From: a virus
DNA: 64,000 nucleotides
Direction: 5' to 3' (one strand)
IMG/VR virus record: IMGVR_UViG_3300005805_000055
Location: 1 to 64,000 of that record
This document shows positions 48,301-56,400 of the stretch, one piece after another (within the stretch, counting starts at the first letter, position 1; every line of letters begins with the position of its first letter). Made by a program: the position numbers and the translations under genes. Below the pieces are notes generated by a model. That model did no database searches. It had not been told where the DNA came from and was given only the letters and a program-made list of their open reading frames with translations.

Positions 48301-51300
48301 TGCCTTGTCTTGCCTTGTTTCTGGTGTCTTCGGAGTTTCTGGAGTTTCTGGTGCTTCTCCGTCTGGAGTTGGTTTAGTCTTTTTTGTTGGAGTCTTTTTT
48401 GTTGACTTTTTCTTCTTCGGCTTTGATGCTTTTGGCGTTTCAAGATAAATATTGACCGTTACATTTATTGGCGTATCTCCATCTATTTCTTCTCCATTGA
48501 TAATTATTGGTCCAACAATAATATCTCCAGTATTGACGATTATATTTCCATCACCGTTGACGTTAATATTTGTTGTGCCACTATTATTTACAACAGTATC
48601 ACCGACAGTAACGGTGACCTTCTTTCCACTACCCCCACCGTCACCGGGCGTTTTGCCATCGGGCGTTTTGCCATCAGGAGTTCCGCCATCGGGTGTTCCG
48701 GGTGTTCCTGGCGGCAAGGCGGGCGGCTCGTCTGGCGTAACGTCGGGAGTTTCTTCTGGAGTTGGTCTCGGTCCAAAATACCTAGATGTGCCAGCACCTG
48801 ATGGAATGACCTTGTCCATATATTCAAGTTGGCGGTCAATTTCCGGACCACTTATTACACCAGTTTTACGCAAAGCATTCAGCTCTACATGAGCTTCGGT
48901 GAGGGCAACTTGAAGCTCTGGACTCAGATTGCTACCCATTTGCCACGCACCAACTTTGTCCTGGTAGTAATTTCCGCTTATTAGGTGCAACATATTGTCT
49001 TCTAGTTCACCAACACCCGTAGGTGGGAAACCTGAAAGGAATTGGGGGTTAGAAATAACACCCTTTGAAAGAGCATCCATCCATTCTTTTGATGTCCATT
49101 TCGATGTATCACCTGGCAGCACTCTTGTAACACGCCCATTTTCGAAAATTGGATAACCACCATTTTCGGCAGCAAAACGTTTTATAAAATTTTCAGCTGC
49201 TTTGTATTGAAGCACATGCCCGAATTCATGATATGCGTCATGGCGTGCACGAGCCTTAAAAATTGCAGCAAATAAATCCCCATTCAGTGCATAGTGGCGC
49301 GCGGCACTCATATCAGCGCCATACATTGCACCACGACTAAATTTAGTCCATGCCGCATCTATTACTTCTGTGCCAACACCAAGACGTTTAGCAATATTTT
49401 CTTTAAGAATGGTCAGATCTGCGCCAGAAGGCATCTTGAAACCTCGTAAACCATATTGACTGAGAATTTCGCTTATTCTCCTAGGATCCGCTTCTCGTAA
49501 TTCAGTCATGAGTCGTTGCACTTCAGCTTCTATCGCATTTTCAGGAGATGCTTTTATTGATCTGGCATACGTATCCGCATCCATACTTTCAGTAAGAAGT
49601 TCTTCCATTGCAGTTAGTTTCTGCATCTCATTCATAAACATTGATTCCACGGCTTCGAAATCTAGACTTACAGAAATTCCATAAGGATGTTTTTGTGTAA
49701 GTTCTTGGGCAATTGTTGTTATTGCCTCAGACTCCAATAATGGCTTAAGGACGCGGCTCCAAGAGTTTGAGAACCAGTCGATCTTTGCGGTTCCAGTAGG
49801 ATCATCTGGAAGTGGAGCAACCATTCCTTGCGTATGCATAAAGTCGTAAGCTATGTTTTTTTTCTCACGCGGATCTGGTGTATATGCTCGCAATTCCGTA
49901 ATTCCAGCAAACGCATCAGGATTATCGTTGCGTGAATCAATTAGTGCTTCGAGGTTCCCTTGTCGAACATCCGTATTTGCGCGAATCATAAAATTACGCA
50001 AACCCTCGTATCGCTGAAATAAATCAGGGCGCTTTGCTAAAATTTCATCACGTATACGTTTATCCTTTATGTCAGAAACATAAACGTTCGTCTGTCTTCC
50101 GTTGCCAAAATCATGCGTTCCGAGTAATTGATCTGCCATGAGCGCATCAGTGGAGTCGCCAATAGCTTGATGGTAGGCGGCAATATTATCCTTAAAGGAC
50201 ATATTTCCATCCCACGTGAATGGCTTATATGACCAGTTTCCTGTTTGTTTATCAACCTCAACTATCATCATGTCTTCGACTAGTCCGCGCCACTCTGGAC
50301 CTTCACCCTTTTCGCGCAGTATTTCTAAACCCATCAAATGACGAAGATTCGTCCTTTTTATTATTTCCTGATCATCGGGATTATTGAGATCGAAACCCTC
50401 TGCAGCTATGCGCTCATCTATCGAGAGCCCATTAGCATCACGCAAATCACGAAGAAATTCTTCGTTAAGCATGTCGACTTCATCTTGACGTTTTTTTGAT
50501 TTTTCATGTGTATTAATGTTTTTGCGTGCTTCATCAAAGCGCGACTGAGCTGATCCAGTAATTTCACGTATACGTTCTTCGCTTCTAATCTGGTCTGCGC
50601 GTGCATTTATATTATTCATCCAGCTTCTAACACGACCAACTGCCTGTGCTGGATCTATGGCCATGCAATTGCTCATATCGATATCCGTGAACTGGTTGGC
50701 ATTGGGCGTGCCTGGTGGACACCGCATTTTTCCGTTGGCATCGATTACTAGCCCACGAGCGACAGCACGCTGCAGGCTGAGCCTTTGACTAGGTAGCAAT
50801 TCGCTAATTGTTTTCCCTAGTTTCTTTTCATTTACCGGAAAGAGCTGTGTTGTAGCGATAATTCCATTTAGGACATTCCTCGTGATGATGGAAAAGTCAT
50901 CACTTTTGGATTCCAAATTCCCTTTTTCTACAAGATCGGGCCTATCTGTCATTCCGTATGGAGTGACCTCCATCGCCTTGACAATCTGCTTTGTCGGTTG
51001 TCCATCGGGTCCATTTGCGTAGAAGTAGACAATGGGCTTGGGGCGCTTCTTGTATTCGTCTATGAAGGCTGTCCAGCCAGCAGCTTTTTCTTCGTCAGTA
51101 AGTTTCCGAACCGGATCAACCCAGCCCCATTTCGCACCTTCATCGGAAGTCATTTCGCGGAAGTTGGTGTGTAGTTTTAATACCTGACCAGGTTTTCTGC
51201 GAGCACGAGGATTCCAGTCAAGCTTCAACTCTGGAACATAATTATCAGAGTTCTCTCCAGCTTCGCGAGTTCCCTTTTTGGATCCACTCGACTTCAGTCC

Positions 51301-51474
51301 CTCGTCAAGCGCCTTGACGATCATGTCCGTATCTAGATATGCGAACCTCGTCAATACATCTTGTCGTGCCCGAAACTTAACAGCGGCTAAATCTGTTTTA
51401 GACAGAGATGAACTAATTAAGTCGTGATTTGAGTATCTACGAGGGATACCTTTACCCGCCATCGCAGGCTCCAA
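42367..51474 (-). CDS. Giant polyvalent protein E (3035 aa): RCPxG motif, zincin, degenerate ART-like domains, hydrophobic hairpin, DPF repeats; 3 GSKSTT sites
   Basis: RCPPGTPNANQFTDIDMSNC; YHEFGH...TEAHVE; IAPSGSRGL...LILPPG; start may be the ATG at 51462. Confidence 0.85.
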   Translation of the reverse strand: MEPAMAGKGIPRRYSNHDLISSSLSKTDLAAVKFRARQDVLTRFAYLDTDMIVKALDEGLKSSGSKKGTREAGENSDNYVPELKLDWNPRARRKPGQVLKLHTNFREMTSDEGAKWGWVDPVRKLTDEEKAAGWTAFIDEYKKRPKPIVYFYANGPDGQPTKQIVKAMEVTPYGMTDRPDLVEKGNLESKSDDFSIITRNVLNGIIATTQLFPVNEKKLGKTISELLPSQRLSLQRAVARGLVIDANGKMRCPPGTPNANQFTDIDMSNCMAIDPAQAVGRVRSWMNNINARADQIRSEERIREITGSAQSRFDEARKNINTHEKSKKRQDEVDMLNEEFLRDLRDANGLSIDERIAAEGFDLNNPDDQEIIKRTNLRHLMGLEILREKGEGPEWRGLVEDMMIVEVDKQTGNWSYKPFTWDGNMSFKDNIAAYHQAIGDSTDALMADQLLGTHDFGNGRQTNVYVSDIKDKRIRDEILAKRPDLFQRYEGLRNFMIRANTDVRQGNLEALIDSRNDNPDAFAGITELRAYTPDPREKKNIAYDFMHTQGMVAPLPDDPTGTAKIDWFSNSWSRVLKPLLESEAITTIAQELTQKHPYGISVSLDFEAVESMFMNEMQKLTAMEELLTESMDADTYARSIKASPENAIEAEVQRLMTELREADPRRISEILSQYGLRGFKMPSGADLTILKENIAKRLGVGTEVIDAAWTKFSRGAMYGADMSAARHYALNGDLFAAIFKARARHDAYHEFGHVLQYKAAENFIKRFAAENGGYPIFENGRVTRVLPGDTSKWTSKEWMDALSKGVISNPQFLSGFPPTGVGELEDNMLHLISGNYYQDKVGAWQMGSNLSPELQVALTEAHVELNALRKTGVISGPEIDRQLEYMDKVIPSGAGTSRYFGPRPTPEETPDVTPDEPPALPPGTPGTPDGGTPDGKTPDGKTPGDGGGSGKKVTVTVGDTVVNNSGTTNINVNGDGNIIVNTGDIIVGPIIINGEEIDGDTPINVTVNIYLETPKASKPKKKKSTKKTPTKKTKPTPDGEAPETPETPKTPETRQDKASRDLWRRINGYIAEDGATEWKVAPTAKGLRPGNDRSQQKTFIDEVFGLTADDTSVGGAGDSVADPFGSTQAYKSMTPDQLDARFEKIKTQVDDLIEQSRSRQLTKDEQAKIWLGMKAMRQVIRENQERAQYTDERRAAVAASKRQPDQRPGKYLSKQEGTSSVLSSKTATSMRRRSLEKARTQREGDVVEVDEDELIHYQRTIAKHAGRSTTGKDGWSVSGNEYQPGRAIEAESHVVTDTPADKTVDGKARKVRPNAATDPSSYGKRTREATDAKLKEDESKAISGAVAINERQSARAMDGPEAMSDAVKASAKARRDAEISGETLAEASPDVESPLLDSEITRSIAPTLRALDKSMLDQDVEATFGVPESEVFDGLGQGEIIDSTEMIRGRMISHADSEVMGSSELTATRRIRVIAPSGSRGLTEKNYTDGETSDLILPPGEFVITDIDEDGTITIIPHRQETSVDTLSRMVDDLDEATQTLTGGDADEARRIRETLNAEIAKSNQEISEFNGPIGSKSTTRGVSGEIGAAKRGRSRNVELSKSYSESSSRPFDVDNDFVENINQASIEDPESVSTLFPPASRSQVKRLNTDSMLESVMEIKQLIDARDTDMREPLPDYMTQQIQDLIASSTPEEITDMVSNALLNLHNSFDERIRVDMDDSGLRDLMENGRIRTPSEIKPNSSASQVREAFETSVGFSPDIDPSERTISGRLVHRSEQAILDAEIAERTRNGFIGTNQYASRVVGGREKIEIVALPEVSQRSSYSRGAAIKNRDSMSPILSQDRDDITLAMFDFTTSTREQRNEFITRAIASTQRNVVSDLLKPSSKSESRDNFETLIPGGIDFTEIEQIRVPAKLVNADESYSFKSVLDSNQNVKSALNENGFSVDEQSAIVEMVDDGRLSDIVPSAEIIRQRRGAAQLRRDFENKHGKSTSLVFTREDGINIMDENGFSNFPGAPSASSADDALAYRAAVEIAQNVSKIKEALASPGSRKKRATPRASVNESLIMGSKSTTRGPGGDSASKARRRAGTVSRVIGSNRVQKLLERAGLSEENAEATQFVGELAAAFAAGGPAGLATVFARRAGRDIADLGLREALDRGWLSPDQARRVEQQLLDRVAPEGLPERLTEAIEKGAKLATSDETRERAREVATAAREFIEDNERIQGVAQRAREVGGSVRERLQRRRAGRDSTTRDTDLVESASSDDPFATMPDDPFTMPVSDPFTGAANDPFEMPFDPFATDSAVVGSKSTTRIGSVSSKPVAYTKTPVFGRPNDNPTLPGFGYPDESFGTRQLHRPVYEINGKKIMFGPRTWGRTELNFDDDVEVIPVDPYAITGLDPLSPEGKEMALLFFSAVIGHNEWLSDKEGRASEGNSGLVPALLYAASRGDDEARRELERLAQRGDELMAETQAKFRQETVRNIGGEPSSIDWTQKPDVMVRVGKDENGLPIRRPMGIDDIFIVHQTSYEPEIDEDGNTVLRPTGDFEQNHLEQDKPSEDQSGINPHYDRSTIHFATNAVVSGHGARPTPSGKTYAIIVPLRDVLDANPGALENLLVVDTWFSPPIGEGLKIPLKSGQVVEIPGFAEYIDELDQEFIDRGYTIEAGTLFRDGQAIFNDDTTEYKQRRADASRAHDAEVRRISGQALAEVGRSHNNSEEYEVKMTPGGEYGAFSRDHDIRMDALAIEDIPAEYPEYEGGVDSGLHHMTGSNNGEMTTIFMDVPGRAITRITETEYARYWAMSDGARQRFFRQGQYETGTDDDPTPPITNAEDDFDSSPDAEFVRGSLSRTSPLSVFAESIGDPVEEMRKLQTIVPEEYVSRMEQMKSVLRNMSPAERAKYGATLATLLTGIYSKTNLPGSRQLDNYGDVVKKMFDPENIASAFEIIEALSGKSSNKAGEIPLLGGMKKSDLIKIGKLLGIDNSSANIDKIMGKLLAIFKFGKKAASDSIDTAEVERLFTALFENMIGIPNVGIDTGKETK

Positions 51475-51494
51475 TCCCTGTTGCTTTTCTTTTT

Positions 51495-53324
51495 TCAGCT
51501 ATCCAGATCAACTTCTGAAGACATGAGTTCGAATTCGACTAGCGTCTTGAGGAAATCATCAGTTCCAGACTCATCACCCTCGGTAACAAGATTCTTTTTT
51601 CCGGCAAGCCATTCTGCTGGGATCATTGATTCCATACCCATATCTTTTGCGCGCTTCATGATGTGGCGCTTAGCAGCATCAACATCCTTAGCGCGCCCAT
51701 GAGCCATTATTGCATTCTTTAGATCTTCTTCAGAAGCAATTGGAAATGAGCCATCCGACATTGCTGTTCCCTCTTCGGCCATTCTCGTTCTTGTTTCATC
51801 GGAGAATGCGCGCTTCAGTGCAATTTCGGCAGCCTCTGCCTCAATGTCATCAGTCTCATCATTGGTTAGGTATTCGTCATAGCCAAGAACATGACCATCT
51901 AGAGAGACGAATGCATCGTAGGCCTTGCCATCAAATCCATCAATCTCTACCTGGTAGGCATCATGACCCTCGAAGATTGAAGGCTCAACGGCAACGACTG
52001 TTCCTGGAAGTGACTTTACGGCAATTTCTGCAGCCTCATTGAAGTCAATGAGTTCAATTTCATCCAGAATTGACTTTTGCTCGAATGCGCTGTCATCGAG
52101 TCTATGGAAACCAAGAACTTCAGCAGTTGTTCCATCGATATAGACCTCATTGACATGACCAGACTTTACCTGAACATCAACAACGAACATGTCTGCAACG
52201 GCAGAATACCCAGAGTCAATGACGTCGGCGCCCTTGAACATCGATTCCGCAAGTCCTTCAACATGCAGCAGGCCAGGCATTCCTTTTTCCGAAACGCACC
52301 CACCTGGACAATCGTCACAAATCTGCTGTCCACCTGGGTAAACCTTGCGGTCAATTGCGCACATGTAGCCATTTACTCCAATATCGGCAGACTTTGTGCC
52401 CAGCTTTCTAAGGCGAGCCATGCGCATTGCTTCCAGGTCTGGACTCATCATGTCCTCGTCCTCGCCAGCACCCATATACATGCCACCCTTGGTGGGTTGC
52501 ATTGGTGTTCCGATATCGAGAACTTCTTCGTCCTCGTCCTCTTCATCCATGGGGTCCATGCCATCATCCATCATGGACCCATCTTCTTCGTCCATCATTT
52601 CTGGCTTGCGCATTCCCATTCCCTTGACAGGGCGCTTTTTCATCATTCCATACATCTTTTCGGATGCCATGTCTTCTGACTCTTCGTCATCTTCCATCTC
52701 GGTCATCTCGTCATCTTCGGATTCAGATGGGTCTTGTTCCATGGAAGCATCGTCTTCCATTGACATCTCATCATCCTCCTCGTCCTCTTCGTATTCTTCT
52801 TCCATGCCGGGCATCATTGGCTTCATGTTTTTGCGCTTACGCCAACCCATGCCATAACCCTTTTCTGAGTCCATGCCATCTTCGCTGTCGTCAAGTTCGG
52901 GGATGCCTTCCATTTCGGCTGCAGCATCGTCCCTATTGAAGCCATTGGCCATGTCCATTGCCTTACGACGACGCATCATCATTTTGAGCTCGTCTTCGGT
53001 CGGAAGTTCTTCTTCTGCCATGTCGTCCATTGCGGCAACATCAACGGGCACCATCTTTACTTCAACAGCCATGGCACCACACTTTCCGCAGACAGTAGCT
53101 CCGGACTTGTAGCCGCATTCTCCGCCGCCAAGGCCCTTGGCGCACTTGACGACTCCACCGTCGCCATCGATTTTTACTACGGCCTTTTCGTCATAGTTCA
53201 TGTCCATTGACTCCTTATAGTGCATTGACTTGAGTAGGCATCCGTTGTGATATGTACACCCACTGCAAGGCATCATAGCCTTTCGCTGTTCAACCTGGCA
53301 GAAGTATTTTTCCTCGATTTTCAT
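51495..53324 (-). CDS. Acidic Met-rich scaffold/maturation-like protein with Cys clusters, two PepSY-like domains and a DGSFPI head-maturation-type C-terminal domain
   Basis: E/D/M low-complexity core; IDFNEAAEIAVKSLPGTVVAVE...YQVEI...DAFVSLDGHVLG; MSDGSFPI...DLKNAI.AHGRA...KRHI.KRA...IP.EW. Confidence 0.65.
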   Translation of the reverse strand: MKIEEKYFCQVEQRKAMMPCSGCTYHNGCLLKSMHYKESMDMNYDEKAVVKIDGDGGVVKCAKGLGGGECGYKSGATVCGKCGAMAVEVKMVPVDVAAMDDMAEEELPTEDELKMMMRRRKAMDMANGFNRDDAAAEMEGIPELDDSEDGMDSEKGYGMGWRKRKNMKPMMPGMEEEYEEDEEDDEMSMEDDASMEQDPSESEDDEMTEMEDDEESEDMASEKMYGMMKKRPVKGMGMRKPEMMDEEDGSMMDDGMDPMDEEDEDEEVLDIGTPMQPTKGGMYMGAGEDEDMMSPDLEAMRMARLRKLGTKSADIGVNGYMCAIDRKVYPGGQQICDDCPGGCVSEKGMPGLLHVEGLAESMFKGADVIDSGYSAVADMFVVDVQVKSGHVNEVYIDGTTAEVLGFHRLDDSAFEQKSILDEIELIDFNEAAEIAVKSLPGTVVAVEPSIFEGHDAYQVEIDGFDGKAYDAFVSLDGHVLGYDEYLTNDETDDIEAEAAEIALKRAFSDETRTRMAEEGTAMSDGSFPIASEEDLKNAIMAHGRAKDVDAAKRHIMKRAKDMGMESMIPAEWLAGKKNLVTEGDESGTDDFLKTLVEFELMSSEVDLDS

Positions 53325-53411
53325 CTATCGCACCTTATAGTATACCCAGAATACTACAACTACATGGAATGATTAAATCAATTCGTAACAAATTATGATA
53401 ATCCATACTGA

Positions 53412-56400
53412 TTATTCTTCTTCTTCTTCCGTATTATCTTGTCCCGTAACTATGTCAACAATTTTCTGTATTATCTCAAGGTCTTCTTCAAATAATGCAG
53501 CTATATCGCTAGCGGAGTACCCACTTTCGATTAATGACTTAAATATGCGCCCACTCGAACTATCTGTCCATATGGGAATTTTTCCCAATAGGAATATTGA
53601 CTTTCCATAGGTGCTACGTTCTTTTATCAATCTCGCAACACCAGACTCGGATAAGCCAGTTATTCGTGCAATTTCTTCAATTGTCATGTCAGAATGAAGA
53701 AACGTTGCAAGTAAATTACGCGCATTGTTCTCCATTAGTGTCATGAGTTGTGTTTGTGCTTGCATATCAGGACTGCTGACATATTCACGATTACCTGGTG
53801 GCATGAATCCATCTCGTAGGGTGTCAATTAGTTGAGATCTATCTAGGCCAAGTAGGCTTTCCATAAAGTCGAGTGGCGATTCATTGGATGATCCACCACC
53901 CATCTCTACAAAGTCCCTAAAAAATGCAAGTATTGATTCAGCTCTAGAAAAATCCTTTTGTCCCTCCGCTGGGACCAATTCATCATCAGCAAATAGTCCA
54001 GCAACAACATTTCTGGCATCTACTAGTTCTTCCTCATTTAGACGAGAAAGTGTTACGAGTGTTTTGCGCACGGCAGTCATGTAAGCATTTCGCAGTTCTG
54101 GAGTTGGTACAAAATCCGAAGATTCATCATCTATTGGAGTCGTTAAAGATGGATGCCCAGACCAAATTAACTTTGTATAAGCTTGTGTTAATCCATGAAG
54201 ATATCGTTCTATGAACATCCGCTCGTATCTTGGATTATTGGATACATTTTTACCAGCAATATACTCATCATATGAAACAAAATTAATATTTTCTGGGTCT
54301 AATGACCTTGTTCTGGATTCAGGATCATCTCCTGAATTTTCTTCATTAGCAGCTTCTTCAATCAATTTATCAAAATACTCCCAATCACCTCTCTTCACTG
54401 CTTGACTATCCATATAGTCTAAATCTTCATCTGTAAGACGTTTCGGCCATAGGTATTCATGTGTTGACCCAAGAAGATCTGGAATAATGGCGCCATCGGT
54501 AATCAACCTAAGAATTTGATCAATCGCAGAATCATCAATTACGCCATCGGTGCTCAATCTAAAATTATCAAAGATATCCTCAAGTCTGGCTCCTGACCTA
54601 AACATGGCTTGAGCATCTTGTCGAACTTGATCCAAGATATCGTTTACTAGCCCGTTACGAATACCCAACTCTTCGAGAAAGTCAAATAATGAGCCACCGC
54701 GCGATGGATCGTATCCACCGACCAAGGCAAATTGTCGAATTAGTTTTGCAATATCACTTGCTGCATTATCTTCATCATTCATTGATTGAAGATATTGGTC
54801 GATAAATTGGAGCCCAGCTCTTCTTTTAAAGCTTTGTGTCAATTCAGCAACATCAGCATCAAGTACAAATTGTATTCTCGCTATTTCTTTTCTTAATTCC
54901 TTATCAAAATAATCATTTACCTCACTAATATAATTGTCTAAATCGGATTTTGCTTCATCAATAATTTCTTTGCGATTAATGGAGTCTTCGGACCGCAATT
55001 CATTTTCAAGATCTTTAAAATCCTGCTTGGCCTTATCTATTCTGCGTTTTCTTTCTGCATAATTGTCGAACATCCTACTTCGTATTAAATCCTCTGAATC
55101 TTGACGGATTTTTGCAATCCTCTCAGAAAGTATTTCTAGTATTTGATCGTATTCTTCGATAAAACGCACATCAATATCGTCATGTCCATTAATACGGGCG
55201 AGATCACCTACCGGAAGAGCAGATGACCAGTTGGATCTAATTATATCGATGTCTTCATTTGTCAATCCATATTTTTTCTTAAGAGATTCCTCTGAGCCAA
55301 TTCCATTCACTATTTCCTCAAAATCACTACCAGTTAGGCCAAATTCGAGCTTGTAGAACTCCATTTTGCGCCGTCCATCAGATGTGGTGCTCTTGGAACC
55401 AGTAATTTGTGGTGACTGACCACGCAACGCACGTCGTTCTGCTTCTATTTGACGCAATTCCCTAATCCCACTTGTGGAAATGACAACACGACCAGTGCGA
55501 CGAGACTGTGGAGCATTGGAGCCGGACGGGACCGTCCCACCAGTATTGATGACGGTATTATTATCCCCAGTAACATTAATATTTGTTGTTCCAGTATTAT
55601 TTACAACAACACTTCCCGGCTTTGTTTGTTGTCTTGGTTTTCTTTCTGCTTTTGCACGTTGAGCGTCCTTGTTTCCATGCTTTCTCTTAAGTAGGAGTGC
55701 CTTACGCCTATTCAGCTCGCGGCGTCGTTCGTTGTATTCCTCACGTGAAATTGTCTTTGCATTTGCTCGACGTCTAAGATCTTCAAGTTCATCCCTTATG
55801 TTTAATAGTTCAGCGTTTACCTCATCATCTGACATTTCGTCAATATCAGAATTGTCTATAAGATCAGATAACTTATCTTCATTTACTTCAACATCATCTG
55901 ATTCAATAATTTCTTGTACAACGTCTACTGGTGTAATATTCCTCTCACCATCTGGATCAACGCGGTCTTCTGGTTTGGCCGTCTGATCAACAGTAGAGGT
56001 CCAACGACCACTTCTGCGGCGACCGAGTTGCTCGTTTGTAGCTTCACCATTAGCCACGACATACCATCTTGGAGCATTTGACGTAGGGTCCTCGTTGCCA
56101 TAGACAAAGTAGCCACGTGACTCAAGCTCGTTTATGATGTCGTCAATTTTATACTTCTGCTCATTAACGCCCATTCGAGAAGAACCGATTTGACCAGAAC
56201 CCATACGTGGTCTCCGCTGATCACGCTCTTCCTGTATTTTTTCCAGCGCCATAATTAGAGCATTACGTTCTGAATCGGTACGTAGTGCTGCAAGAATCTG
56301 CTTTAGTTCACTATCGGTAAGCGAAGAAAGATCCGGGCGCTGCCTACTGGTGTTCATCCAATTTGGGCGCGTACGGGTATATCTGATTTTTTTATTTCCT

